Below, piece by piece: positions 1-9,903 of a stretch of DNA of 64,000 bases (position 1 is its first letter; every line of letters starts with the position of its first letter). Made by a program: the position numbers and the translations under genes. Source of the stretch: Lachnospira sp. (GTDB lineage Bacteria > Bacillota > Clostridia > Lachnospirales > Lachnospiraceae); assembly GCA_050874785.1 (NCBI GenBank), contig JBNMLJ010000002.1, forward strand, positions 37,278-101,277, written 5' to 3'. The notes beneath the pieces are model-generated. The model was not told the DNA's origin and did not search any database. It saw only the letters and a program-made list of their open reading frames with translations.

Positions 1-294
1 ATGGTTAGACTCTTTATTAATGTTGGAAAAAAGGATAAAATAAAGCCAGCCAATATTCTTGGAGCTATTGCAGGTGAATCTGGTATGCCTGGCAAGCTTG
101 TCGGCGCGATAGATATGATGGATAACTATACATTTGTTGATGTACCAGCTATACACGCAGAGAAAATTCTTAAGGCAATGAATGATAACGTACAGATTAA
201 AGGACGCCGTGTTAATGTTGAGAAGGCTAACCAGTCAAGAGGCAAGGGCAGAGGAAAAGGCAAGCATAAGGACAAAGCAAGAAAGAATAAATAA
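1..294 (+). CDS. C-terminal fragment of a DEAD-box RNA helicase (DbpA-type RNA-binding domain plus basic tail); the 5' end is outside the window
   Basis: The ORF is open from base 1. VRLFINVGKKD..ANILGAI..FVDVP resembles the DbpA-like C-terminal RNA-binding domain, followed by a KGRGKGKHKDKARKNK tail. Confidence 0.6.
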   Translation: MVRLFINVGKKDKIKPANILGAIAGESGMPGKLVGAIDMMDNYTFVDVPAIHAEKILKAMNDNVQIKGRRVNVEKANQSRGKGRGKGKHKDKARKNK

Positions 295-978
295 ATGAAA
301 AAACAGGTGACATTAAGCAGTATAAACAGGGCAGAAGTATTAAGATACTTAGGATACAAAGGAATAGGAGCAGATGAGACAATAAACCGCCTTATAGATG
401 AATGTGAGGCGGAGGTCTTAAAAGCGGCAGTTCCAAGATATGTATACAGGGTTGTAGATGTAACTCAGGTTGATGAGGGTGTAAGGCTTGAAGGGACTTC
501 TGTTACATTAAAGGGAAGCTCAATTAAAGAACATCTTAAAGGCTGTGATAAGGCGGCACTTATGGCAGTGACAATCTCTGACGGCATAGACAGAATGTTA
601 AGAATAATGCAGGCATCAGACCTTGCCAAGGCTGTAATATCAGATAGTATGGCAAGCGCGGCAATTGAACAGGTATGTGATAAGGTTGAGGCTGTTATTA
701 AAGAGGAGCTTCCAGAATATAACCAGACCTTCAGGTTTGGAATAGGATATGGCGACCTGCCTTTGTCACAGCAGGGCGAATTCTTAAAAATACTAAATGC
801 ACCTAAGCTTATAGGGCTTAATGTAGGAAAGACCGATATGATGACACCAACTAAGTCTGTAACAGCAGTTATTGGACTTACAACTGGAGAGGTCAGCGCA
901 CAGAAAAAAGGCTGTATGTCGTGTAACCTTAAAGGTACATGCAGATTCAGGGAAGCAGGAGGACATTGTAATGAATAA
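295..978 (+). CDS. Stand-alone vitamin-B12-dependent methionine synthase activation-domain protein with a Cys-rich C-terminal tail
   Basis: 227-aa ORF directly upstream of metH, overlapping it in ATGAATAA. Its size and sequence resemble the MetH reactivation module that Clostridia encode separately. The C-terminus reads CMSCNLKGTCRFREAGGHC. Confidence 0.65.
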   Translation: MKKQVTLSSINRAEVLRYLGYKGIGADETINRLIDECEAEVLKAAVPRYVYRVVDVTQVDEGVRLEGTSVTLKGSSIKEHLKGCDKAALMAVTISDGIDRMLRIMQASDLAKAVISDSMASAAIEQVCDKVEAVIKEELPEYNQTFRFGIGYGDLPLSQQGEFLKILNAPKLIGLNVGKTDMMTPTKSVTAVIGLTTGEVSAQKKGCMSCNLKGTCRFREAGGHCNE

Positions 979-3427
979 ATTAAAAGAACTTTTACAAAAG
1001 GATTATGTAATTCTTGATGGTGGTATGGGTACTATGCTTCAGGCGGCAGGAATGAAGATGGGTGAAACACCAGAAATGCTTAATATTACTGAACCAGAAC
1101 TTCTCATTTCCATACACGAGCAGTATCTTAAGGCGGGTGCAGACATAATATATGCCAATACATTTGGCGGCAACAGATATAAGCTTGAAGAATGTGGACA
1201 TTCAGTTGATGAGCTTGTAACAGCAGGAATTAAAAATGCAAAGAAAGCGTGTGCCAATGTAAAGCCACAAGCACTTGTAGCACTTGACGTAGGACCTATA
1301 GGACAGCTTCTTGAGCCAACAGGTACATTAAGCTTTGAGGAAGCTTATGAAATGTATGCTGAGATAGTCAAGGCTGGTGAGGCGGCAGGTGCAGACCTTG
1401 TTGTATTTGAGACAATGACAGACCTGTTAGATGTGAAAGCGGCAGTGCTTGCGGCAAAGGAGAACAGCCAGCTTCCAATAATGACTACTATGACATTTGA
1501 AGAAAATATGCGTACATTTACAGGATGCCAGATTTCTTCATTTGCACTTACAATATCAGGACTTGGAGTGGATGCATTAGGTGTCAACTGTTCACTTGGA
1601 CCAAAGGAGCTTGAGCCGGTTATTAAGGAACTTACAGGCTGGACTAATCTTCCAGTTATAGTAAAGCCTAACGCAGGACTTCCTGACCCTGTTACTAATG
1701 AATATAATGTGACAGCAGAGCAGTTTGCTGAATTTATGAAGGACTTAAGAAAGTACGGCATTAAAATATTCGGCGGCTGTTGTGGAACAACTCCTGAATT
1801 CATAAAATGCTTATCAGATATGTTACATAAAGAAGGCAATTTAGCAAAAGAACCAGTGAAAATACCATCGGCTGTATGTTCAGCTACAAGCACAGTTATA
1901 GTTGACCAGCCAAGAGTTGTAGGAGAGAGAATCAACCCAACAGGTAAAAAGGTATTTAAGCAGGCACTCTTAGACAATGATATGGATTATATACTCGGAC
2001 AGGCATTGGAACAGACTAGCGCTGGTGCTGATATTCTTGATGTCAATGTCGGACTTCCGGGAATTGATGAAAGACAGATGATGGTTGATACTGTGAAAGC
2101 ACTCCAGTCAGTTGTAGATGTGCCTCTCCAGCTTGATTCAACTATACCAGAGGTTCTTGATGCGGCATTAAGAGTGTATAATGGAAAGCCAATTGTCAAT
2201 TCGGTTAATGGAGAAGAAGACTCTCTTAATAACATTCTGCCAATAGTTAAAAAATATGGTGCGGCAGTAATTGGTCTTGCTCTTGATAAAGATGGTATTC
2301 CTAAGAAAGCAGAAGACAGAGTTGCCATAGCAAGAAAGATTATGGACAGGGCAATGGCTATAGGAATTCCTAAAGAAGATATATACATAGACTGCCTTAC
2401 ACTTACAGCCTCAGCTGAACAGGAGGGGGTAATGGAGACACTTAATGCGCTTTATGAGGTTAAGCATGCTCTTGGCTTAAGGACAGTGCTTGGTGTATCG
2501 AATATATCTTTCGGACTTCCTAACAGAGTGCTTGTCAACCACATTTTCTTAACAATGGCTATGCAGAATGGTCTTGACCTTGCAATTATCAATCCTAACA
2601 TATATGAGATGATGGGTGCAGTAAGGGCATATAAGCTTCTTGCCAATATAGATAAGAATTCTGTTGATTATATTAAGGCTTATGCTTCAATGCCTAATGT
2701 AAGCAAGATTAATCCTGTGAATACGGCGGCAAATGCAGCACAGGGCGGTCAGACAGCGCAGGCAGGCGGAAGTGTTAATCTTAAGGATAAGAAGGGCAGT
2801 TATACCTGTGATGACTTGTTCTATGCGGTAGAGAAAGGTCTTAAAAATGAAGGTGCAGCAATAACAGAAGAGCTTCTTGTAAGTATGGATTCTATGGATA
2901 TTGTTAATAATGCCTTGATTCCTGCGCTTGATAAGATAGGCGAGGAGTTTGAGAAGGGAACATTATTTCTGCCACAGCTTATAATGGCGGCTGGTGTTGC
3001 ACAGGGAGCATTTGAGGTTATAAGAAAGCATATGATTATGAGTAATAATGCACCTGTGAGCAAGGGAAAGATTGTTATTGCGACTGTTAAAGGAGATGTT
3101 CACGATATTGGAAAGAATATTGTAAAGGTACTTCTTGAGAATTACGGCTATGAGGTTATTGATCTTGGAAAAGATGTTGAATATCAGGCTGTTGTAGATG
3201 CGATTAAAGAAAATGATGCGAAGCTTTGTGGTCTGTCAGCACTTATGACAACAACACTTGTTTCGATGAAAAAGACAATAGAACTTATACACGAGAACAA
3301 TCTTGATTGTAAGGTTATGGTAGGAGGAGCAGTGCTTACTCCTGAATATGCTAAAGAAATACACGCAGATTTCTATTCAAAGGATGCAAAGGAGTCTGTG
3401 GATATTGCTAAGAGAGTGCTTGGATAG
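971..3427 (+). CDS. metH: Cobalamin-dependent methionine synthase core (homocysteine-binding, pterin-binding and B12-binding modules)
   Basis: YVILDGGMGTMLQ and GGCCGTTPEF match the Hcy S-methyltransferase domain. GVSNISFGLP matches the pterin-binding domain. GDVHDIGKNIV is the DxHxxG cobalamin-binding motif. I chose the ATG at 971 (MNKLKELL) rather than the ORF-track start at 872. Confidence 0.9.
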   Translation: MNKLKELLQKDYVILDGGMGTMLQAAGMKMGETPEMLNITEPELLISIHEQYLKAGADIIYANTFGGNRYKLEECGHSVDELVTAGIKNAKKACANVKPQALVALDVGPIGQLLEPTGTLSFEEAYEMYAEIVKAGEAAGADLVVFETMTDLLDVKAAVLAAKENSQLPIMTTMTFEENMRTFTGCQISSFALTISGLGVDALGVNCSLGPKELEPVIKELTGWTNLPVIVKPNAGLPDPVTNEYNVTAEQFAEFMKDLRKYGIKIFGGCCGTTPEFIKCLSDMLHKEGNLAKEPVKIPSAVCSATSTVIVDQPRVVGERINPTGKKVFKQALLDNDMDYILGQALEQTSAGADILDVNVGLPGIDERQMMVDTVKALQSVVDVPLQLDSTIPEVLDAALRVYNGKPIVNSVNGEEDSLNNILPIVKKYGAAVIGLALDKDGIPKKAEDRVAIARKIMDRAMAIGIPKEDIYIDCLTLTASAEQEGVMETLNALYEVKHALGLRTVLGVSNISFGLPNRVLVNHIFLTMAMQNGLDLAIINPNIYEMMGAVRAYKLLANIDKNSVDYIKAYASMPNVSKINPVNTAANAAQGGQTAQAGGSVNLKDKKGSYTCDDLFYAVEKGLKNEGAAITEELLVSMDSMDIVNNALIPALDKIGEEFEKGTLFLPQLIMAAGVAQGAFEVIRKHMIMSNNAPVSKGKIVIATVKGDVHDIGKNIVKVLLENYGYEVIDLGKDVEYQAVVDAIKENDAKLCGLSALMTTTLVSMKKTIELIHENNLDCKVMVGGAVLTPEYAKEIHADFYSKDAKESVDIAKRVLG

Positions 3428-3487
3428 TGTACATTTCTTTACTTTTTAGCAAAATCGTTATATAATTAACATTAATTTTGAAGGCTG

Positions 3488-3527
3488 ATGGGAAGCTGGT
3501 AATTAGAGGGTTCCCATCTCCTTTTTG
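3488..3527 (+). terminator. Rho-independent terminator after metH
   Basis: GATGGGAA (3488-3495) pairs with TTCCCATC (3512-3519), followed by TCCTTTTT. Confidence 0.6.
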
Positions 3528-3545
3528 TAGCAATGTTGCGCAGGA

Positions 3546-4193
3546 ATGGAGAATGTTATGGAAGAGAATAAGAAAATTTCATCGGCTGTTATAAGAAGAC
3601 TGCCAAGATATTACAGATATCTAGGCGAACTTATAGAAAGTGGTGTGCAGAGAATTTCATCTAAAGATTTAAGTGCAAGAATGAAAGTTACAGCATCACA
3701 GATAAGACAGGATCTCAATAATTTCGGAGGCTTTGGACAGCAGGGATATGGATATAATGTAAAGTATCTTTATGATGAGATAGGCAAGATCCTTGGGATA
3801 GACAGAAAGCATAATATGATAATAATAGGTGCTGGTAATCTTGGACGTGCCATTGTTAATTATACAGACTTCGAGAAACGTGGTTTTGTTATATGCGGAA
3901 TATTCGATAACAATCCAGAGCTAAAAGGTCAAAGTATTCGCGGAATAGATATAATGATGATGGACCAGCTTGCCGATTTTATACATAAGAACGATATAGA
4001 GATAGTTGCATTGACAATACCAAAGCAGGCAGCTAAGGAAATCGGAAAGCAGGTTGCAGATGCAGGAATTAAGGCTATATGGAATTTTGCACATACAGAT
4101 CTTAACCTGCCAGATGACGTAATAGTTGAGAATGTACATTTATCAGAAAGCCTTATGAGACTTTCTTATACAATAGCCAATAAGCACTCATAA
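3546..4193 (+). CDS. rex: Redox-sensing transcriptional repressor Rex
   Basis: RLPRYYRYL winged-helix N-terminus and an IIGAGNLGRA Rossmann motif. The true start may be the ATG at 3558, which follows GGAGA. Confidence 0.9.
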   Translation: MENVMEENKKISSAVIRRLPRYYRYLGELIESGVQRISSKDLSARMKVTASQIRQDLNNFGGFGQQGYGYNVKYLYDEIGKILGIDRKHNMIIIGAGNLGRAIVNYTDFEKRGFVICGIFDNNPELKGQSIRGIDIMMMDQLADFIHKNDIEIVALTIPKQAAKEIGKQVADAGIKAIWNFAHTDLNLPDDVIVENVHLSESLMRLSYTIANKHS

Positions 4194-4216
4194 AGATATT
4201 AAATCCAAAGGGGGAA

Positions 4217-4843
4217 TTGATAGTGTCTAAGATAACTTATGAATTGTTAAAGAACAGTGATGTATTTAAGAATATTCCGATTCTTACGCTTGATGAGCGG
4301 TGGTATCACCTTATTAACGAGAAGAATAAGACAGATGAGATTGCGTATTGGGAGAAACAGGTTAATGAACTGCTTAAGAAGCAGGGAAGAATTAATAATG
4401 ACATTAAAGATATCAAGAAGCTTAAAAAGCAGCTTATCAATGATGTTGTTGAGAATATGGAAGACGATGATTCAAGCAAGCAGAAGCAGAAGCGTATGAG
4501 CCAGAACCAAAGACTTATACAGGAGTCTAAGGACAAGATAGCTTCGCTTGAAGATGAACTCTTAGAAGTACCAAGAGAATTGGCAAGGGCTAACGAGAAG
4601 CTTCTTACAGAGACACTTAAAGCCTGCTATGACAGAATGAATGCCAATACAGAGGATATAGAGGTGCTTGATAAGTGGATTAATGCTACAAGAGTCAAGC
4701 TTAAGAAGAATATACTCATAAAGCAGGATAAGGAAACGGTTAATAATAATATGTATTCCCTTATACACGATATTATCGGACCTGAGAATTGTAGTGCAGT
4801 TGACAGAATTAATGAAGGCAATGTAGGAGATAAGCAGGAATGA
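4217..4843 (+). CDS. Hypothetical coiled-coil protein, Lys/Glu-rich
   Basis: 208-aa ORF whose stop overlaps the nnr start (ATGA). I recognise no motif. The start could be TTG 4217 or GTG 4223, after AAAGGGGG. Confidence 0.5.
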   Translation: MIVSKITYELLKNSDVFKNIPILTLDERWYHLINEKNKTDEIAYWEKQVNELLKKQGRINNDIKDIKKLKKQLINDVVENMEDDDSSKQKQKRMSQNQRLIQESKDKIASLEDELLEVPRELARANEKLLTETLKACYDRMNANTEDIEVLDKWINATRVKLKKNILIKQDKETVNNNMYSLIHDIIGPENCSAVDRINEGNVGDKQE

Positions 4844-6474
4844 GATATGTATTAGATGCAGCTTCTATGAAGAATGTGGATTCTTATTCTATTAATACTC
4901 TGGGTATACCATCAGTTGTGCTTATGGAAAGAGCCGCACTCTCAGTGACAGAAGCTATTGAAAGCAAGGTTAAAGGTAATATACATACAGACATTATATG
5001 CGTATGCGGACGTGGCAATAATGGAGCAGATGGACTTGCGGTGGCAAGACAGCTTTATATTAAGGGCTACAATGTGGCTGTTTATATACTTAACTCACAC
5101 TCCTCTACCAAAGAATTTGATATACAATTGAACATAATAAAGAATCTGGGCATAGAATGTATTAATAGCCCGGATTTTTCTAAATATGGGGTTATTGTAG
5201 ATGCCTTATTTGGCAATGGTTTATCAAGAGAACTGGCAGGAGAAGCGAGGAAAGTAGTAGATACAATTAATAAATGCAGTACATCAGTGTGTTTACAGTA
5301 TACGCAGAATATGTGCAATAATGGAAGCAGGATTGTTGTGGCTGTTGACATACCATCAGGTATAAGTGCATCGACAGGTGCTGTTATGGGAACTGCGGTT
5401 AAAGCTGATATAACAGTAACTTTTGGCTTTGAAAAAATCGGACATATATTATATCCAGCAGCTTCATATTGCGGGAAAATTATAAGAAAAGATATAGGTT
5501 TTGCACAATATCCGGATATGACAAGGGACATTTTCACATATGATTATAGTGATATATCTGATATGCTTCCACCAAGAAAGCCTGACGGCAATAAAGGAAC
5601 ATTTGGCAAGGCACTTATAATAGCTGGTTCAAGGCTTTATGGAGGTGCGGCAGTATTAAGCTCAAGAGCGGCGGCGCGTATAGGAGCAGGGCTTGTAAGA
5701 ACCCTTACGCATATAAGCAATCGCACGGCAGTTATAACTGGCAATATGGAATGTATTGTTGATACATATGATACTGATGAGAAACAGGGGGATTTTGTTA
5801 ATAATACAGAGGCATTAGTGGATAAATGTGTCTGCTGGGCAGATGTTGTGTGCATAGGTCCGGGGCTGTCTATGGAAGAAAGTGCAGTAAAGCTTGTAAG
5901 AAGTGTGTCAGCAAAGAAGAATATCAAAAAGCTGTATGATGCAGATGCTCTTAATATAATCGCCAAATATAAAATTGCGCTTGATGACAATAGTGACAAT
6001 AAAGATTGTGAAGCTGGCGGCAATAGCGGTAATGCCTCATATAAAGATGATATGACGGATAAGAATGTTGTTGTTACACCACACATAGGAGAAATGTCAC
6101 GTCTTACAGGACTTGATATTGCAAAGATAAAGAATAATCCTATAGATACAGCAAGAACATATGCAAGAGAACATAATTGCATATGTGTATTAAAAGATGC
6201 AAGAACTATTGTTTCTGATGGAGAAAGAGTGTATATTAATATGTCAGGCAATGATGGAATGGCAACAGGTGGTTCAGGAGATGTGCTTTCAGGCATAATA
6301 ACAGGACTTCTGGCACAGGGACTTCCTGTATTTGAGGCTTCGGCACTTGGGGTATATATACACGGATGTGCAGGAGATGAAGCCGCCTTAAGCAACGGTA
6401 AGTATTCTATGGTTGCAGGCGATATTATTGACAATATTAAAAATGTGCTTATAAAAGCAAGAGGTGAATTATGA
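4840..6474 (+). CDS. nnr: Bifunctional NAD(P)H-hydrate repair enzyme (epimerase plus ADP-dependent dehydratase)
   Basis: The N-terminal YjeF-N part contains GRGNNGADGL. The C-terminal carbohydrate-kinase part contains GGSGDVLSGII. Confidence 0.85.
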   Translation: MRYVLDAASMKNVDSYSINTLGIPSVVLMERAALSVTEAIESKVKGNIHTDIICVCGRGNNGADGLAVARQLYIKGYNVAVYILNSHSSTKEFDIQLNIIKNLGIECINSPDFSKYGVIVDALFGNGLSRELAGEARKVVDTINKCSTSVCLQYTQNMCNNGSRIVVAVDIPSGISASTGAVMGTAVKADITVTFGFEKIGHILYPAASYCGKIIRKDIGFAQYPDMTRDIFTYDYSDISDMLPPRKPDGNKGTFGKALIIAGSRLYGGAAVLSSRAAARIGAGLVRTLTHISNRTAVITGNMECIVDTYDTDEKQGDFVNNTEALVDKCVCWADVVCIGPGLSMEESAVKLVRSVSAKKNIKKLYDADALNIIAKYKIALDDNSDNKDCEAGGNSGNASYKDDMTDKNVVVTPHIGEMSRLTGLDIAKIKNNPIDTARTYAREHNCICVLKDARTIVSDGERVYINMSGNDGMATGGSGDVLSGIITGLLAQGLPVFEASALGVYIHGCAGDEAALSNGKYSMVAGDIIDNIKNVLIKARGEL

Positions 6475-7655
6475 GTAAGTATTACAGAGTATATGCAGAT
6501 GTAGATTTGGATGCAATAAGGGCTAATTGTATCGAGCTTATGAGCAAGACAGAACCTTCAACAAAGGCGCTTGCAGTTGTTAAGGCAGATGGCTATGGAC
6601 ACGGAGATGTGGCTGTATCCAAGGCAGTAAGGGATTTGGTATATGGATATGCAGTTGCTACACTGGATGAAGCTGTTAATTTAAGAGAAAATGGAATAGA
6701 TAAGCCAATACTTATATTAGGATATGTTGAGCCTGAGGAATATGAGGCATTGGTTAAGAACGAAATAGATGCAACAGTATTTGACTATGAAACAGCCAAG
6801 GCGCTTAATGATGTTGCTTTAAGACTTGGAAAGGTAGCTTTCTGCCATATCAAGGTTGATACTGGAATGAGAAGAATAGGTCTTGAGCCAGATGAGAGTG
6901 GTGTTGAGATAGTTAAAAAGATAAAGAATTTAAAGGCACTCAATGCAAGGGGCTTGTTTACACATCTTGCAACTGCTGATGAGAAGGATAAGACAGCTGC
7001 ATTAAGACAGATTGCAAAGTATGATGCTTTTGATGAGGCGTTGAAGAAGGAAGGTATATCGTTTGAGATAAAGCATGTATCCAACAGTGCAGCTATTATA
7101 GATATGCCACAGGCTAATCATGGAATGGTGCGTCTTGGAATTGCTTTATATGGCATGTACCCATCAGATGAGGTGAATAAGTCAGCAGTAACGCTGAAAC
7201 CAGCACTACAGCTTAAAAGCCACATAGCTATGGTAAAGACAATTCCAGCAGGAGAAAAAGTAGGCTATGGTGGAACATTTGAAACTAAGAGAGAAACAGT
7301 TCTTGCAACTGTTACAGTAGGCTACGGCGATGGATATCCAAGGTCATTATCATCAAAGGGATATGTGCTTATTAATGGCAAGAAAGCTCCTATAACAGGA
7401 AGGGTGTGTATGGACCAGATGATGGTAGATGTTACAGATATAGGTCCTGTCAACCGTGGTGATGTTGTAACATTAGTAGGAAAAGACAAGGATGCAGAGA
7501 TTACAGTTGAAGAGATTGCTGCCTTGGCAGGAACATTTAACTACGAATTTGTGTGTGACCTTGGCAAGAGAATTCCAAGAAATTATTATCTTAATGGACA
7601 ATATATTGGAAGCCACGATTATTTTCACGAGAACTGGAAGTTAATAACAGATTAA
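6471..7655 (+). CDS. alr: Alanine racemase
   Basis: VVKADGYGHG is the PLP-lysine motif. VGYGDGYPR and RVCMDQMMVD are also typical of Alr. The start overlaps the nnr stop (ATGA). Confidence 0.9.
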   Translation: MSKYYRVYADVDLDAIRANCIELMSKTEPSTKALAVVKADGYGHGDVAVSKAVRDLVYGYAVATLDEAVNLRENGIDKPILILGYVEPEEYEALVKNEIDATVFDYETAKALNDVALRLGKVAFCHIKVDTGMRRIGLEPDESGVEIVKKIKNLKALNARGLFTHLATADEKDKTAALRQIAKYDAFDEALKKEGISFEIKHVSNSAAIIDMPQANHGMVRLGIALYGMYPSDEVNKSAVTLKPALQLKSHIAMVKTIPAGEKVGYGGTFETKRETVLATVTVGYGDGYPRSLSSKGYVLINGKKAPITGRVCMDQMMVDVTDIGPVNRGDVVTLVGKDKDAEITVEEIAALAGTFNYEFVCDLGKRIPRNYYLNGQYIGSHDYFHENWKLITD

Positions 7656-7802
7656 AAAGCAGTGGAATATACAGTATATTCATAAAAATAATTAATAAAA
7701 TAATTAATTAACAAACCTGCAAAATAATTGAATACACGCCCGAAACCTTGGCAATACTTTGAGTATAAACAATTAAGTAAATGCTTTGGGAGTGTGATAT
7801 AA

Positions 7803-8159
7803 GTGGTAATTAAACGTGGGGATATATTTTATGCAGATTTAAGACCTGTGGTGGGTTCTGAACAGGGAGGCATAAGGCCTGTTCTTATAATTCAGAATGA
7901 TACAGGCAACAGGCATAGTCCGACAGTTATATGTGCAGCTATAACATCTAAGATGAATAAAGCTAAGCTGCCAACGCACGTTGAGATTGATGCGTGCCAT
8001 TACGATATCGTAAAAGATTCAGTTATATTGCTGGAACAGTTAAGAACAATAGACAAGAAAAGACTTAAAGATAAAGTATGCCATCTTGATAATGAGATAA
8101 TTAATCAGGTTGACAAGGCATTGAGGGTTAGTCTTGAGATGAACCTGAAACAAGATTGA
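7803..8159 (+). CDS. mazF: MazF/EndoA (PemK family) mRNA interferase toxin
   Basis: The match to B. subtilis EndoA/NdoA is nearly colinear: [30 protein letters not shown]...KLPTHVEI...[20 protein letters not shown] start. Confidence 0.9.
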   Translation: MVIKRGDIFYADLRPVVGSEQGGIRPVLIIQNDTGNRHSPTVICAAITSKMNKAKLPTHVEIDACHYDIVKDSVILLEQLRTIDKKRLKDKVCHLDNEIINQVDKALRVSLEMNLKQD

Positions 8160-8233
8160 CGATGTAATAGGATATATGGTATTCTATAGGGAATAATTGT
8201 ATAATAATATAATTATCTAAATAACGAAAGGAA

Positions 8234-9133
8234 ATGGATAGAACTATGAATGATGGCCATCCCGCGGATGGGAACCAAGGATTGTTTTCTGGCTTATTTA
8301 AGAAGCTTACTAAAGGGAAACGGGACGAAGATGTAACAGAAGAGATTATGGATATGGTTAATGAAAGCCATGAACAGGGAGTTATAGCTGAGAATGAAGC
8401 TGAGATGATTGGCAATATATTTGAATTTGCCGAGAAGCAGGCATCAGATGTTATGACCCACAGGAAGAATATAGTAGCACTTGATGCTTCACTTACAGTT
8501 AAAGAGGCATTTGATATAGTGATGGAAGAAAGCTACTCAAGATATCCTGTATATGATGATGATATTGATAACATAATTGGCATATTACATATCAGAGATC
8601 TTCTGAGGGTATACGTTAAAGGTAATGATAAGGATAAGAAGCTTTATCAGGTTAAAAATCAGGTTATGTTTGACCCATTCTGTATTCCGGAGACAAGAAG
8701 CATAAGTGTATTGTTTAAGGAAATGCAGTCAAAGAAGAACCATTTTGCTGTTGTTGTTGATGAGTATGGACAGACAACAGGAATTATTACAATGGAAGAT
8801 ATACTTGAAGAGATAGTAGGTAATATTTTTGATGAATATGACGAGGAAGAGGAGCAGATAAGACAGCTTTCTGATGGCAGTTACGAGATGGACGGCCAGA
8901 CACCTCTTGAAGATATTGAAGAAAAGCTTGATATCAAGTTTGACTGTGAAGATATTGATACTATCAATGGATATCTTATATATAAGCTTGGCAAGATTCC
9001 TGATGAGAATGAGCAGTTTGAAACAGAGTGCGGGGGATATATATTCCGCATATTATCCGTTGGCAATAAGATGATTCAGAAGGTGCTTGTAAGCAAGGCA
9101 GACAAGAAGGATAAGGATAATGAAGCCAGATAA
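8234..9133 (+). CDS. CBS-pair plus CorC/HlyC C-terminal domain protein without a DUF21 membrane domain
   Basis: Contains VMTHRKNIVAL, IGILHIRDLL, TGIITMEDILEEIVG and a C-terminal transporter-associated domain. No transmembrane segments are present. Confidence 0.8.
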   Translation: MDRTMNDGHPADGNQGLFSGLFKKLTKGKRDEDVTEEIMDMVNESHEQGVIAENEAEMIGNIFEFAEKQASDVMTHRKNIVALDASLTVKEAFDIVMEESYSRYPVYDDDIDNIIGILHIRDLLRVYVKGNDKDKKLYQVKNQVMFDPFCIPETRSISVLFKEMQSKKNHFAVVVDEYGQTTGIITMEDILEEIVGNIFDEYDEEEEQIRQLSDGSYEMDGQTPLEDIEEKLDIKFDCEDIDTINGYLIYKLGKIPDENEQFETECGGYIFRILSVGNKMIQKVLVSKADKKDKDNEAR

Positions 9134-9881
9134 GACTAATAAGCTTATAAAAAGGCTGGCGGCAGTATCTTTGTGGCTGATAATATGGCAGATTGCCAGT
9201 ATGATGACAGGACTTGAGCTTTTGCTTGCAAGTCCTGTTACTGTATTAAGGACACTGGCAGGTATGCTTGTTACAAGACAGTTCTATGGCATACTGTCTG
9301 CAAGTGTTATGCATATTATGGCAGGTCTTATTGCCGGCTGTCTGATTGGAATATGTGCAGGAATATTATCTGCACGGTTTGATTTTATGAAGGAGTGGCT
9401 AGGCATTGCCGTGCAGTTAATGAAATCACTCCCAGTTGCCGCATTTATAATACTTGTGCTTATGTGGTGGGGTTCTAAAAATGTTACATTTATTATTAGT
9501 GCAATGGTTGTAATACCAATGATTACAACGGGCGTAAAAGAAGGCATTGATAATACAGATAAGAAGCATATAGAGCTTGCCAGAGTATATGATATGACTG
9601 TATTTAACACATTCAGATATGTATATCTTACAGGTGTATATCCGTATATTACAGCACAGTTAAAAGTAGCAGTCGGAATGTGTTTTAAAGCTGGAATATC
9701 AGCAGAGATAATAGGTCTTGTGTCAGGGACAATCGGTACGCAGATGTATTATGCCAAAATGTATCTTTTATCTGCTGAGTTATTCTCGTGGGGTATAGTT
9801 GTAATTGTAGTAAGCCTTGTTATAGAAAAATGTATTATATGGCTTGCAGAGCTGCTTTATAAGTGCATACAGCGTATATAA
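9120..9881 (+). CDS. ABC transporter permease (nitrate/sulfonate/taurine-type BPD fold)
   Basis: 253-aa polytopic membrane protein with the usual arrangement for this permease type. Its start overlaps the 3' end of the CBS gene by 14 nt. Confidence 0.75.
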   Translation: MKPDKTNKLIKRLAAVSLWLIIWQIASMMTGLELLLASPVTVLRTLAGMLVTRQFYGILSASVMHIMAGLIAGCLIGICAGILSARFDFMKEWLGIAVQLMKSLPVAAFIILVLMWWGSKNVTFIISAMVVIPMITTGVKEGIDNTDKKHIELARVYDMTVFNTFRYVYLTGVYPYITAQLKVAVGMCFKAGISAEIIGLVSGTIGTQMYYAKMYLLSAELFSWGIVVIVVSLVIEKCIIWLAELLYKCIQRI

Positions 9882-9903
9882 AATTGTTAAAGTGGTTAAA
9901 AAT

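Noticed and set aside
872-970. N-terminal extension of the metH ORF in the supplied track
   Set aside because: This part overlaps the preceding activation-domain gene in another frame and has no homology-like sequence. The ATG at 971 gives the canonical MNKLKELL..DGGMGT N-terminus.
5637-6434. 265-aa minus-strand ORF, and similar long antisense ORFs at 1345-1977, 32599-33156, 54255-54779 and 59289-59960
   Set aside because: Each lies inside a confidently assigned or better-supported plus-strand gene. Each has the Ser/Ile/Leu-rich composition typical of the reverse frame of AT-rich coding DNA.
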